A stretch of 64,000 bases of DNA from Candidatus Caldarchaeum sp. GTDB taxonomy: Archaea; Thermoproteota; Nitrososphaeria_A; Caldarchaeales; Caldarchaeaceae. The stretch is taken from contig JAVZZH010000001.1 in NCBI GenBank assembly GCA_038885755.1, forward strand, positions 320,001 to 384,000, written 5' to 3'. Positions 54,251 through 64,000 of this stretch are shown here, piece after piece (the stretch's first letter is position 1; each line of letters opens with the position of its first letter). The notes under the pieces are model-generated. The model searched no databases, was not told the DNA's origin, and saw nothing but the letters and a program-made list of their open reading frames with translations. The position numbers and the translations under genes are program-made.

Positions 54251-55078
54251 TCACCCTATTCTGCCGGAAATGTAGTCCTCTGTTCTCTTGTCTCTTGGGT
54301 TTGTGAATATCTCCTTGGTCGGGCCGAATTCTATCAGCCTGCCTACCATGGACTCGTCGGGCATCATCACAGCCGTGTAATCGGAAACTCTAGCAGCTTG
54401 CTGCATATTGTGCGTGACTATGATTATTGTGTAGTTTGTTGATATGCTGCGTAGCAGCTGCTCTATCTTAGCAGTCGATATAGGGTCGAGCGAAACCGTC
54501 GGCTCGTCGAGAAGAATGACTTCAGGGTCTATCGCCAAGGTCCTTGCGATGCATAGACGCTGCTGCTGCCCGCCTGAGAGAGAGTAGGCTGGCGCGTCTA
54601 GCCTGTCCTTGACCTCGTCCCAAAGCGCTGCCTTCTCCAGAGCGTCCTTGACTTTTTCACGGAGTTGCTGGCGAGTGAGCTTAAACTCGTTTACCTTTAG
54701 CCCGAAAGCTACGTTGTCGAAGACAGACATGGGGAATGGGTTTGGGCGCTGGAAGACCATGCCTATGACGGACCTGATGGCTACAGGGTCGACCTCACGG
54801 CTGTAAATATCCACTCCACGGTACATTACCCTGCCCTCGACTTTTGCGTCTGGAATCAGGTCGTTCATCCTGTTCAGACACCTAAGAAGCGTAGACTTAC
54901 CGCATCCGGATGGACCTATGATGGCTGTTATCTTATCCCTCTCGAACTTGATGTTTATGTCCGCTATGGCTTGCTTTCGCCCATACTTCACGGATAAATC
55001 CTGTGTCTCTAAGACTACTCGTCCTTCGTACATCTCCGGCTTCGACTTCTCCGCCAAAACCTGCTTAACCCAGCTCAT
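54251..55078 (-). CDS. pstB: Phosphate ABC ATPase
   Basis: [43 protein letters not shown]. Confidence 0.96.
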   Translation of the reverse strand: MSWVKQVLAEKSKPEMYEGRVVLETQDLSVKYGRKQAIADINIKFERDKITAIIGPSGCGKSTLLRCLNRMNDLIPDAKVEGRVMYRGVDIYSREVDPVAIRSVIGMVFQRPNPFPMSVFDNVAFGLKVNEFKLTRQQLREKVKDALEKAALWDEVKDRLDAPAYSLSGGQQQRLCIARTLAIDPEVILLDEPTVSLDPISTAKIEQLLRSISTNYTIIIVTHNMQQAARVSDYTAVMMPDESMVGRLIEFGPTKEIFTNPRDKRTEDYISGRIG

Positions 55079-55972
55079 TTATAACGTCACCCTCCTCTGG
55101 TACCTGTACCTGACGGCTATCGCCGCCGAGTTGAGCGAAAGAAGCATTAGAAGCAGGACAACTATTGCGGCTGAAGAAAGCTCTTGGAAAGCAGCCTGAG
55201 GCCTGCTGACCCAGTTGAAGATTTGGAGGGGCATGACTGTGAACCTGTCGAAGATACTCGTGGGGTCCTCACGGATGAACAGAAGCCCGCTAATGACTAG
55301 TATGGGCGCCGCCTCCCCTATCGCTCTTGATATGGCTAGGATGGCTCCTGTCATCATCATCGGAACGGCTCTCGGCAGGATGATATACCTAGTGACCTGG
55401 AGCTTGGTTGCTCCTAGGGCGTACGCGCCCAGCTTGAGGGCTTCGGGGACGGTTTTTATGGCTTCGGCTGCGGCGACGGTGACTAGAGGCAGGGTCATGG
55501 TGGCTAGCGTGAAGGCTCCGGCTATGATAGACCTTCCCCATCCAAGACCGTATGTTAGGATGCTCAAGCCTACTAGGCCGAAAACTATTGAAGGCACTCC
55601 TGCCAGGTTAGCCATGTTTAACTCGAAGAAACGCCTCACGTATTTGTTCCGAGACCATTCGGTCAGGTAGAGAGCGGCACAGATCCCCAGTGGAACACAA
55701 ATTAAAGCGGCTAGGCTCACCGTCCACAAGCTTCCTAGGAACGCCGACCTCATTCCCGCTTGGTTGGGGTTGGGTGAAGGATACTCGAAGATAAGGTTCC
55801 AGCTCAGCCTTGTGTACCCGTTTGACAGAACCGTGAAAAGCAGCGACGCAACCGTCGCAACGCCTATGAAAACCCCCAACGACAGTATGAACGGAGTAAT
55901 GGCGTCCAGCGCCTTCTTCGTACGGCCTCTTCTAGTCGAGAGGACTTGGGTGTTCAGTAGCGTATCTGCCAC
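55079..55972 (-). CDS. pstA: Phosphate ABC permease
   Basis: NLAGVPSIVFGL, ALGATK, RAIGEAAP. Confidence 0.94.
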   Translation of the reverse strand: MADTLLNTQVLSTRRGRTKKALDAITPFILSLGVFIGVATVASLLFTVLSNGYTRLSWNLIFEYPSPNPNQAGMRSAFLGSLWTVSLAALICVPLGICAALYLTEWSRNKYVRRFFELNMANLAGVPSIVFGLVGLSILTYGLGWGRSIIAGAFTLATMTLPLVTVAAAEAIKTVPEALKLGAYALGATKLQVTRYIILPRAVPMMMTGAILAISRAIGEAAPILVISGLLFIREDPTSIFDRFTVMPLQIFNWVSRPQAAFQELSSAAIVVLLLMLLSLNSAAIAVRYRYQRRVTL

Positions 55973-56880
55973 CTCCTGACTATCGCTAAGGCTACTAGGT
56001 TGAATATCATCGTTATGATGAAAAGCACCAAGCCGACGGCGAATATTGACTGGTACTCGATCGTCCCGTGGGGTGCGTCTCCGGTCGCGACCTGAGCTAT
56101 GAAAGCCGTCATCGTCTCCATCGACTCACGTGGGTCGAACGACATAACCACCCTGAACCCGCCAGCGATGGCCGCTATCATCGTCTCACCCATAGCTCTG
56201 GTGAATGCTAGGATTATCGAGGCTAGGATGCCTGACAGGGATGCCGGCAGGATGACCCTGAACACCACGTCTATCTTCCTCGCCCCGAGTGCGTAAGCGG
56301 CTTGTCTAAAGTCCTCGGGGACTGAGTACATGGCGTCCTCGCTTAGGGACGAGACTATCGGAATGATTAACACGCCTATCATAAGCCCAACTGCTAGGGC
56401 GCTGTGGATGCCTAATCCGGGAATCAATGGTCTCAGTAGATTGGGCGCTATGAAGTAGAGAGCGAAGTATCCGTATACAACTGTGGGGATTCCAGCCAAC
56501 AGCTCGATGATGCTCTTCAGAGGCCTTCTGACGGAGGGTCTGGCGTACTCGCTCAAGTAGATTGCCGTAGCCAGGCCTGCTGGGACGGCTACGACAAGGG
56601 CTATGGCTGAAGTTATTGCTGTTGCGGTCAAGAGCGGAAGAACGCCGAACTTCTTTTCAGAGAAGAGAACACTCCACTCTGTCCCCGTCAAAAACTCGGA
56701 GACGGGTACTGCGCTGAAGAAGATGCTGGACTCTAATGCAAGAGACCCTACAATAACCATGATGCTGATAAATGCTACAGAAGAGGTTAGCAACAAAAAT
56801 AGGTTGGTGATTTTTGTGTTCCTGTTTCTCCTGCGGGCGCTTTCGACTATTTCTCTCGGGAGGATTTGGGTCTGGCTCAT
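55954..56880 (-). CDS. pstC: Phosphate ABC permease
   Basis: FLTGTEW, ELLAGIPTVVYG, RAMGETM. Confidence 0.94.
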   Translation of the reverse strand: MSQTQILPREIVESARRRNRNTKITNLFLLLTSSVAFISIMVIVGSLALESSIFFSAVPVSEFLTGTEWSVLFSEKKFGVLPLLTATAITSAIALVVAVPAGLATAIYLSEYARPSVRRPLKSIIELLAGIPTVVYGYFALYFIAPNLLRPLIPGLGIHSALAVGLMIGVLIIPIVSSLSEDAMYSVPEDFRQAAYALGARKIDVVFRVILPASLSGILASIILAFTRAMGETMIAAIAGGFRVVMSFDPRESMETMTAFIAQVATGDAPHGTIEYQSIFAVGLVLFIITMIFNLVALAIVRRWQIRY

Positions 56881-56891
56881 TCAGAATTCCC

Positions 56892-57998
56892 TTAATGTGG
56901 TCCCGCTGGCTTGTTTTTGAGGAAGGCCAGTTCGTACAGTCCATCGAATATGTTGTTCTTCAGCAGAACAGTTGCCTTTACGTAGTAGTGGTCGGGGAAC
57001 TGGGTGTACGAAACTTTCTTGGCGAACCTAGCTCCGTTCTCGACGTAGTATATCACGAATTCCCTGAGAGCCGGTTTCATGTCCCATGATTTCTTGTTGA
57101 CGTATATAAACAGTGGTCTCGACAGCGGATATTCGAACGTGCTGGCTGTTTGGTCGTTCGGCTCGATGCACTGTCCTCCCGCCGTGTCGTCCCTAACTAG
57201 AAGGGCCCTGATCTTCGCTTGAGCTTCAGGGTAGTAGGCGTAGCCGAAGTAGCCGAGAGCATACTTCTCCGCCTCAACTCCTGCAACCAACACGTTGTCA
57301 TCCTCGGATGCTATATAGTCCGTCCTGCTGGCTTTGGATTTTCCGTTAACCCTCTCCGTGAAGTAGTCGAAGGTTCCAGAGTCAGGCCCAGGGCCGTACA
57401 GCTTTATCGGCTGGTTCGGCCATTCAGGCCTTACATCGCGCCATGTTCTGACTTGGCTGTTGGGCTCCCATATCTTCTTCAGCTCCGATATTGTTATGCA
57501 GTCAACCCAGTCGTTCTGTCTGTTGACGACAACCACCAGAGCGTCTATTGCCACGGGGACCTCTATCCACGATATACCGTTCTTGACGGCTGCTTCGTCC
57601 TCGGCCTTTGTTATTGGACGGGATGCGTCGTTGATGTCTGTCTCTCCGGCGACAAACCGCTTGAATCCTCCGCCTGTTCCTGAAATGCCTACTGATATCG
57701 AGACCTTGGGATATCTTTTCATGAACTCTGTAGCGACGGCCTCAGTTATTGGATACACCGTGCTGGATCCGTCGACCTCGATCTTGCCCGAGAGCTCTAG
57801 CGGAGTGGTTTCAACCCTTACTTGAACCGTGGTGGTCAAGGTTCGTGTAATGGTGGCCCCCGTTCCTTGGACGACCGTTGTCGTTAAGGTTGTTGGGGTT
57901 GTGAAGGATGGGCCTATGAAGATTCCCGCTACTAGTCCTACCACCAGCGAGGCTACGATTGCTGCCACAGTCGATGTTGTTGCTGCTTTCCTGTTCAT
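56892..57998 (-). CDS. pstS: Phosphate-binding protein
   Basis: DGSSTVYP, SGTGGGFKRF, DSGTFDYF, YPLSRPLFIY. Confidence 0.95.
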   Translation of the reverse strand: MNRKAATTSTVAAIVASLVVGLVAGIFIGPSFTTPTTLTTTVVQGTGATITRTLTTTVQVRVETTPLELSGKIEVDGSSTVYPITEAVATEFMKRYPKVSISVGISGTGGGFKRFVAGETDINDASRPITKAEDEAAVKNGISWIEVPVAIDALVVVVNRQNDWVDCITISELKKIWEPNSQVRTWRDVRPEWPNQPIKLYGPGPDSGTFDYFTERVNGKSKASRTDYIASEDDNVLVAGVEAEKYALGYFGYAYYPEAQAKIRALLVRDDTAGGQCIEPNDQTASTFEYPLSRPLFIYVNKKSWDMKPALREFVIYYVENGARFAKKVSYTQFPDHYYVKATVLLKNNIFDGLYELAFLKNKPAGPH

Positions 57999-58024
57999 GG
58001 CGGCTGGAGGTCGTTAAAGCTCAA

Positions 58025-58082
58025 TATATAGATGGGCGTAATGGAATATTTTCGAACCAAATCCATATATTCATCTATATAC
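58025..58082. promoter_or_regulatory. Divergent pstS/phoU promoter with a 10-bp perfect inverted repeat
   Basis: TATATAGATG (58025-58034) and CATCTATATA (58072-58081); ATCCATATAT/ATCTATATAC imperfect direct repeat. Confidence 0.55.
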
Positions 58083-58096
58083 CACCATAATCGAGT

Positions 58097-59077
58097 ATGG
58101 AGGTCTACACGAGACGCATCCAAAGGACAGGTAGAAGCACCTACGTCGTCTCCCTGCCCAAACAATGGGTTGAGGCCAACAGGCTCAGCCGTTTCGACCA
58201 GCTGAAGCTAGTAGTGACCGAAGGGGGTGTGCTCATCGTTCCTGACAGACCTAGGGAGGTGGCTCAGGCCGAGATAATGGCTGCCGAGGAAAACACCCCC
58301 CTAGATGTGGTGAGGCTCATCTTCTCCAAATACCTAGCAGGCTACAGCAGGATCAAGGTGGTGTTCCCAAGCTACACGCCGACGACCATCTCATACCTCA
58401 AGGAGGTGATTAGGAGATGGCTTGTGGGAGTGGAGATAGTTGAAGAGTCTGCCGGGGAGCTGGTGGCCCAGTGCATCCCGATGCATGACAGCCTGCCTGT
58501 GAAGACATCGGTCGAAAGGATGGCGGGCATAACCGCTAACATGGTCAAGGACGCTGTTATGGCCTTCACCAACGCAGACTTGGGCTTGGCTGAGGAGGTT
58601 ATCAAGCGGGATGACGAGGTGGACCGTTTCTATCATTTCGTAGTGAGACAGCTCAACATAGCCGTCAAGGATTACACAACTCTCCGTTCATTGGATCTGA
58701 ACGACCCGAGCGAATGCATAGTATACGCCTTGGTGGCCAAGAACATCGAGAGAGCAGCAGACCACGCCGTTTCTATTTGCAGACACACCGTTAGCCTGAA
58801 GAGCTATCAGCCCGAGGGCCAAGACCTCTCCGCCTTGGCTGAAGAGATCACGAGCATCTTCAGGCGTTCACTCCAAAGCCTTCTGAACTCGAACCTCCAG
58901 CTGGCGAGCAAGACGTTGGAGATGGCGGCTGAGAGTGTTTTGAAGGTGGAGAACTCGGCGCGGCGTTCTAACAAGCCGTTGGCTGAGACGCACTACTTGC
59001 TTGTGCTGGGAAGCTTGAGGAGGATCCTAGAGTATGCTGAAGATATCGCCGAGGCCGCTGTCAACGTCTCAAGTTAG
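58097..59077 (+). CDS. AbrB-PhoU archaeal phosphate regulator
   Basis: [19 protein letters not shown] (AbrB), then PhoU repeats [16 protein letters not shown]. Confidence 0.92.
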   Translation: MEVYTRRIQRTGRSTYVVSLPKQWVEANRLSRFDQLKLVVTEGGVLIVPDRPREVAQAEIMAAEENTPLDVVRLIFSKYLAGYSRIKVVFPSYTPTTISYLKEVIRRWLVGVEIVEESAGELVAQCIPMHDSLPVKTSVERMAGITANMVKDAVMAFTNADLGLAEEVIKRDDEVDRFYHFVVRQLNIAVKDYTTLRSLDLNDPSECIVYALVAKNIERAADHAVSICRHTVSLKSYQPEGQDLSALAEEITSIFRRSLQSLLNSNLQLASKTLEMAAESVLKVENSARRSNKPLAETHYLLVLGSLRRILEYAEDIAEAAVNVSS

Positions 59078-59370
59078 AGTAGGCTGTTTATGGCCTTTGC
59101 CAGCTTTACGTCGTATGTGCTGAGGCCTTTCAAGTCGTGGGTTGTGAGCCAGATTTCTACACGGTTGTAGACGTTGAACCATTCGGGGTGATGCTGGAGC
59201 TTCTCCGCCTCGAGCGCGACTCTCACCATGAAACCCATGGCTTCGACGAAGTCTCTAAACTCGAAAAGACGGTACAGCTTACCGTCTCTCAACGACCAGC
59301 CGGGCCCAACCAGTTCAGAGACCTTCTCCAACTCCTTCTGAGTCAGAAGACGGTATTCATCGTCTTCCAT
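59074..59370 (-). CDS. Pterin-4-alpha-carbinolamine dehydratase
   Basis: F.DF.EAMGFM..VA..AE...[12 protein letters not shown]...LTTHD..GLS..D. Confidence 0.94.
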   Translation of the reverse strand: MEDDEYRLLTQKELEKVSELVGPGWSLRDGKLYRLFEFRDFVEAMGFMVRVALEAEKLQHHPEWFNVYNRVEIWLTTHDLKGLSTYDVKLAKAINSLL

Positions 59371-59414
59371 GCCGGGTTAACCGGCCAGTCGGCTATTATA
59401 CTGTGTGCACCTAC

Positions 59415-60497
59415 TTAATGCATCAGACCGGCTCTGAGGAAGTGGTCGGCCAGCACAAACGCAACCACCGCCTCCACTATGGGGACCGCTCGGGGCACTA
59501 CGCACGGGTCGTGGCGGCCCGGAACCACTAGGCTCGTCTCGCTCATCGTCGAGAGGTCGACGGTTTTTTGCTGACGAGCTATTGAGGAGGCGGGCTTGAA
59601 CCCCACCCTCACCACCAGCGGCATCCCGGTCGTGAGGCCTCCAAGCACTCCTCCAGCGTTGTTCGTCGCGGTCCTCACCCTTCCATCCTCGATTATGAAG
59701 GGGTCGTTGTTCTCTGAACCGGAGAGCCTAGAGCTCTCGAACCCACGGCCGAACTCGACGGCTTTTACTGCGGGTATCGAGAAAAGTGCTCTGCTGAGGT
59801 CGGAGTCTATCGAGCTGAAGACAGGTTCGCCCAGCCCCACCGGCAGGTTGAGGGCCATGCACTCGACGATACCTCCCACGCTGTCTCCCCTATGCCTGCT
59901 CTCCAGTATGGCTTTCCTCATCCTTTCAGCCGTTTCGGGTTCTGGGCATCTAACCTCGTTGCTGTACCTCCCGGCCCTAACCTGCTCCACCGTCAACGAC
60001 GGGCACTTGATCCCGGCGATCTCATGAGAGTAGGCTAGAACCTCAACCCCGAAACGCTGCAGGAGCTTCTTGGCAACCGCCCCAGCCATCACGTACCCCG
60101 CGGTGATCCTGGCTGAAAACCTGCCTCCGCCCCTGTAGTCGTTAAAACCTCTGTACTTAATCCACGCAGGATAGTCTGCATGACCGGGCCTGGGTTTGTT
60201 CTTTATCTGCTGATAGGGTCTGGAGTCGACGTCTTTGTTCCAGACAACCATCAAGATGGGCGCCCCGGTCGTGTACCCATCATACACTCCTGATAGTATC
60301 TCAACCCGGTCCTCCTCAGCCCTCGTCGTGGAGACGATTGACTGCCCGGGCCTTCTCCTGTCAAGCTCGACCTGGACATCCTCCTCCGAAAGCTCCACTC
60401 CAGGCGGGCATCCGTCTATCAGCACACCAACGCATCTTCCATGGCTTTCGCCGAAGCTCACGACAACAAACCTCTCTCCGATTATGTTGCCTGTCAA
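59415..60497 (-). CDS. aroC: Chorismate synthase
   Basis: FGESHG, RRRPGQ, RPGHAD, GGGRFSAR, GRHDPC. Confidence 0.96.
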   Translation of the reverse strand: MTGNIIGERFVVVSFGESHGRCVGVLIDGCPPGVELSEEDVQVELDRRRPGQSIVSTTRAEEDRVEILSGVYDGYTTGAPILMVVWNKDVDSRPYQQIKNKPRPGHADYPAWIKYRGFNDYRGGGRFSARITAGYVMAGAVAKKLLQRFGVEVLAYSHEIAGIKCPSLTVEQVRAGRYSNEVRCPEPETAERMRKAILESRHRGDSVGGIVECMALNLPVGLGEPVFSSIDSDLSRALFSIPAVKAVEFGRGFESSRLSGSENNDPFIIEDGRVRTATNNAGGVLGGLTTGMPLVVRVGFKPASSIARQQKTVDLSTMSETSLVVPGRHDPCVVPRAVPIVEAVVAFVLADHFLRAGLMH

Positions 60498-63094
60498 CCC
60501 AGCTTCCTACGAGATGGGGCATCTTTATGCTTTAACAGCTGCAAGACAACCGAGAAGACCGCGGCTGCCAGAGACGTGGCTGTATATGGAGTAATGGGCA
60601 GGACAACCTCTTGGACGCCCTTTTGCGGCGTCAGCTTCAACCAGTAGGTGAGGAACTTCGACTCGATTACAGCTTGTTCCGCGTAGTCGGTTAGCTGGCT
60701 GAAGTAAGCTATGCCTTTCTCGTCTGTTTGGACGGTTTCCTCAACCCCCATGCCGTTCCTAATCAGGACCCTTGAGCTCACGAAGGGGATGCCGAACAGG
60801 TCTCTCGCCTTGAGAACAAGGCTGCCGACCTTTACGCCTAGGAGGAGCGTCCCCGGTTCTGCGACAACAACCTTTTCAACGGTTTTCACGTCAAGGCCTT
60901 TGAACAACACAGCCTCCACCTCGACCACTCCGACTGGAATCCAGTAGCTTGAACCAGCCCTAAGCACGAATTGCTCACCCAGAGAGGTTTTCAACAAAAC
61001 GGTGGCGTTCACTTCCTTCCCGTCTCTAGAGACGATCACGGGAGATACCAAGGCTTCGTGCCGGTAGACCGCCTTCAGGTTTTTGGGGCCGTCCACGTAA
61101 ACTCTCGCAACGCTTCCATCAACGCTTTCGACGTCGCCATCCCAGCCGACGAACACGCTCCTCTCAGTTTCTCCCCGATAAACAACCTCCTCCCCCTCCA
61201 CGAACAATTCCCGGCCGACAGCCAGCCAGAGCTCAGAAGACCCGTTCAGCTTCTCCACCCTGACAAGAGCCTCGAGAACCCATTCGGCTTTGAACCTCGC
61301 AGGCTCCCGCACAACCAACTCCACAGCCGGCTCAACTCCTAACCCGGCCCAGCCGACAAACCTGTACCTGAGGCCGTGACCAACGCTCCTCAACACCTGT
61401 CCAGCGTTTAGGAGTATGCGTTCGTCCTTGGCGAACCATCCGCTTTCAACCTCGACGGGCTGCAGAGACTCAATCTCCACGTAGTAGTAGACTCTGTAAA
61501 CGGCTTTGGCTTGGACAGGGTTTTTGACAACGATAGTTGCTATCGTGGTGTTGAGCTGAAGCCCCTGCCATTCCTGGAAAACAGCCTTAGTATTGTTTTC
61601 CCATGTGATTGTCGACTGGGCCGAGAGCATTACGACATCGTCCTCAACATGCCACGCGTCGTGGAGAAGGGCTTCACCATGGCTGCTTCTCACCTGTACA
61701 CGGAACTCCTTCCTCCAGCCTGCGACGACTGTTATGGGCTGGTTGACGTGAACCCTGTAAGAGTTTTCGTCGAGCTTCTCCATAGCCGAGCTTGAATTTA
61801 GCGTAGAAAGTGTATGCCTGATGTCTTCCTCAGTGTAAACCTGCGTCTGGAGGATTCTCAGAACGGCCGTGCTGCCCTCCGGATACCATCCGCCGCCCTC
61901 GATTACATCGAACGGCGAGATTACCGAGACTAGGAACTCTTTCACATACAATGCCTCAACATCTAGAGGCCTGCTGACCACGACTCGCCTAATCCTGCTG
62001 TTGTCGCCGTCGCTCCAGCCCACGAACCTAAGCCTAACCCCCTCCTCCATCAGGCTGTACTCCACTGCATCCAGCTGAATCGTACTGCCTCTCCTCACCC
62101 ACTCCTGATTCACTCCGTCGAGGCGTTTGACAGAAACTAGGTAGTAAACGCCGTACCTCGCTGTAAAGTCGTGGGAGGTGTTAACGTTTTGCACGAGCTG
62201 AAAGTCTTCGGATATTTTGACGCCGTTTACATACCAGCCTTCGAACCGGAAAAGCGTGCCGTTTCCATAATCGATCAGGGGCGTTGCGCTGTAGCTGAAA
62301 ACCTGTCCATACGCCAGCTGGGTCGAGTGTAGGAAGACTCTGCCTAGTTCAGACTCCATCAACACTCTTACAGTATAAACTTCCGGTATAGGTGCTAGGT
62401 ATTTGTAGGCGATTCCCTCTGGAAGCGATACGGTTGACTGTCTGGGACTGCTGTAGATTGTCTGGGAGACCCATGAATAAGCCACGGCCAGGGCGTAGAC
62501 GTTGAGGGTTGATGGAAACTCGGCTGAGTTTAAATGAGTATACATCAGGTCTTGGCTGTATGTTGAGTGGTCTAGGCCGAGGACGTGTCCGTATTCGTGG
62601 GCCGCCACCTTGTACGCTGTTATGGGGTTGTTGCCCACGCATGTTCTCGATATTTGTATGGAGGCTCTCATGATTGCTTGTGTTGCGGTGTTAAACCTCA
62701 GCGACGCAACACCGCATACGTTGTTCCCGAGAGAATCTACGTAGGATATGCTAACGTCGGCGTCAGACTCCCTTAGCACGTAATTATACCTTAAAGAGAG
62801 AAGGTAAGAGTATCCGTACTCGCCGACGAAGGCCCTTATGCTGCCGTACCAAACCTCGACTCCTCTCCTTGCGGCTGAGTCCAGAACATCCGAGCCAGAG
62901 GGCTGGATGTAAACGTTAAGACTGGTTTTAGACCAAGACCCTATCAAGTCTATCTGCCTGCTGCTCTCCTGAAGAGGTGTGAAAGCTTCTGGAGACAGGA
63001 CTTGGATGGTTAGGTCGTACTCGGTAGGCGTCTGGGGTAGTAAAACAGCCGATAGAAAGACGGTCAGAAGGATGCTGGCGAAAGCATGTATCAA
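60494..63094 (-). CDS. Cell-surface matrixin-like (metzincin) zinc protease with beta-sandwich repeats and C-terminal TM anchor
   Basis: Signal peptide; HEYGHVLGLDH and Met-turn DLMY; repeated F.GW and GWY modules; C-terminal hydrophobic helix with basic tail. Confidence 0.85.
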   Translation of the reverse strand: MIHAFASILLTVFLSAVLLPQTPTEYDLTIQVLSPEAFTPLQESSRQIDLIGSWSKTSLNVYIQPSGSDVLDSAARRGVEVWYGSIRAFVGEYGYSYLLSLRYNYVLRESDADVSISYVDSLGNNVCGVASLRFNTATQAIMRASIQISRTCVGNNPITAYKVAAHEYGHVLGLDHSTYSQDLMYTHLNSAEFPSTLNVYALAVAYSWVSQTIYSSPRQSTVSLPEGIAYKYLAPIPEVYTVRVLMESELGRVFLHSTQLAYGQVFSYSATPLIDYGNGTLFRFEGWYVNGVKISEDFQLVQNVNTSHDFTARYGVYYLVSVKRLDGVNQEWVRRGSTIQLDAVEYSLMEEGVRLRFVGWSDGDNSRIRRVVVSRPLDVEALYVKEFLVSVISPFDVIEGGGWYPEGSTAVLRILQTQVYTEEDIRHTLSTLNSSSAMEKLDENSYRVHVNQPITVVAGWRKEFRVQVRSSHGEALLHDAWHVEDDVVMLSAQSTITWENNTKAVFQEWQGLQLNTTIATIVVKNPVQAKAVYRVYYYVEIESLQPVEVESGWFAKDERILLNAGQVLRSVGHGLRYRFVGWAGLGVEPAVELVVREPARFKAEWVLEALVRVEKLNGSSELWLAVGRELFVEGEEVVYRGETERSVFVGWDGDVESVDGSVARVYVDGPKNLKAVYRHEALVSPVIVSRDGKEVNATVLLKTSLGEQFVLRAGSSYWIPVGVVEVEAVLFKGLDVKTVEKVVVAEPGTLLLGVKVGSLVLKARDLFGIPFVSSRVLIRNGMGVEETVQTDEKGIAYFSQLTDYAEQAVIESKFLTYWLKLTPQKGVQEVVLPITPYTATSLAAAVFSVVLQLLKHKDAPSRRKLG

Positions 63095-63139
63095 TCTTGA
63101 TTACTGATCGGGTGGCCGGGACATAAAGCTTTAACGGAG

Positions 63140-63201
63140 GCGGCTCAGCCAAACGCCTTCAAGTCATCTTCTTCCTCTTAACTCTGACACATCACGGCCG
63201 C
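63140..63201 (-). ncRNA. C/D-box 2'-O-methylation guide sRNA, probably targeting 23S rRNA
   Basis: Minus strand: GCGGC-C-GTGATGT(box C)-GTCAGAGTTAAGAGGAAGAAGATGACTTG-AAGGCGTTTGG-CTGA(box D)-GCCGC; 5-bp terminal stem. Confidence 0.8.
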
Positions 63202-63243
63202 AGCATATACATATCAACAAGCTTCTCTTAACTTTAAACCGGC

Positions 63244-64000
63244 ATGGACGCCGGAACCGCGGAAATTCAAGACTCCGACAAAGTGCTGATAATCACAGAG
63301 AAGAAAAAGAGATACTTGGTTCAAGTTAGGCAGGGTAAGAAGTTTCACAGCAGCGAGGGGTTCATAGACACCTCCGTCCTCATCGGCAAGCCCTTCGGAT
63401 GCCGAGTCGTCAGCAACACCGGGTCTAGGTGGGTTGTGCTCAGGCCGACGGTCGTCGACAGGCTCATGTTCTTCCCAAGGACAACGCAGATAGTCTACCC
63501 GAAAGACTTGGGCTACATAGTTGTCGCCTCGGGAGTCGGGCCCGGGAGCAGAGTTCTAGAAGCCGGTACTGGGACCGGTGTTTTAACCGCCATGCTCGCG
63601 CACATCGTCAGGCCTACAGGCATGGTTTACAGCTACGACGTCAGGGAGGAGTATCTTGAAGCGGTCAAGCTTAGGCTTAGGCAGCTTGGCCTAGACAAGT
63701 TTGTCGAGCTCAGGCTCGGAGACGTGGCAAAGGATGCCTCCGAGAAAGAGATTGACGCGGCCATCATAGACATCCCAGAGCCTTGGACGGCTTCTAAACG
63801 TTGCCACGAATGTCTGAAGCCCAGCGGAGTCTGGGTATCGGTGAGCCCGACCGTGGAGCAGGTTGTTCAGACATGCGAGGCGTTGGAGGAAACAGGGTAC
63901 AGCGACATAACCTGCGTCGAGATCTTGCTGAGGAACATGAGAGTTAAGAGAGGTATGACGAGGCCGGAGTTCATCATGAGAGGACACACCGCCTACATCG
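63244..64000 (+). CDS. trmI: tRNA (adenine-57/58-N1)-methyltransferase TrmI (3'-truncated by window edge), not in ORF track
   Basis: Translated by hand: RTTQIVYPKD, GVGPGSRVLEAGTGTGVLT, SYDVREE, DIPEPW, SPTVEQV, TRP...GHT. Confidence 0.93.
   Translation, partial: MDAGTAEIQDSDKVLIITEKKKRYLVQVRQGKKFHSSEGFIDTSVLIGKPFGCRVVSNTGSRWVVLRPTVVDRLMFFPRTTQIVYPKDLGYIVVASGVGPGSRVLEAGTGTGVLTAMLAHIVRPTGMVYSYDVREEYLEAVKLRLRQLGLDKFVELRLGDVAKDASEKEIDAAIIDIPEPWTASKRCHECLKPSGVWVSVSPTVEQVVQTCEALEETGYSDITCVEILLRNMRVKRGMTRPEFIMRGHTAYI

Noticed and set aside
1-64000. CRISPR arrays, IS elements, rRNA, defence systems
   Set aside because: No periodic repeat-spacer structure, transposase or rRNA-like sequence was seen by eye

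Overview
A gene-dense archaeal chromosome segment of mostly housekeeping genes. Gene content and style point to a thermophilic TACK archaeon, most like Caldarchaeales/'Aigarchaeota' (inference): TFE, aTrm56, archaeal GAPDH/PGK, EndA with the crenarchaea-specific loop and an archaellum. No CRISPR array, rRNA, transposase or integrase was seen. It holds three tRNAs (Thr-UGU, Thr-GGU with a 27-nt intron at non-canonical position 45/46, Ala-GGC), a Cdc6/Orc1, 2-oxoacid dehydrogenase E1 alpha/beta with a stand-alone lipoyl domain, an orphan nuoJ/K-like cluster, A-ATPase subunit I, pgk-gap, a Liv-type ABC transporter, an archaellum locus, asparagine synthetase plus a GltB2-like protein, glmS, fixABCX, gcvPA-PB-T, pstSCAB-phoU, aroC, a surface metalloprotease and trmI. 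Highlights: (1) a rhodanese coupled to a fusion of an LbpA/GcvH-like domain that has lost its lipoyl lysine with a TusA domain, directly downstream of an atypical fixABCX cluster, a candidate lipoate-independent sulfur relay; (2) an unannotated C/D-box guide RNA whose guides match the 23S rRNA H69-H71 region; (3) a 4xCBS protein with an HPF-like tail, a candidate ribosome hibernation factor; (4) a FixA with a GINS-B-like C-terminal domain; (5) two small ORFs missed by the ORF track. All family assignments come from motif recognition by eye; no database searches were run.
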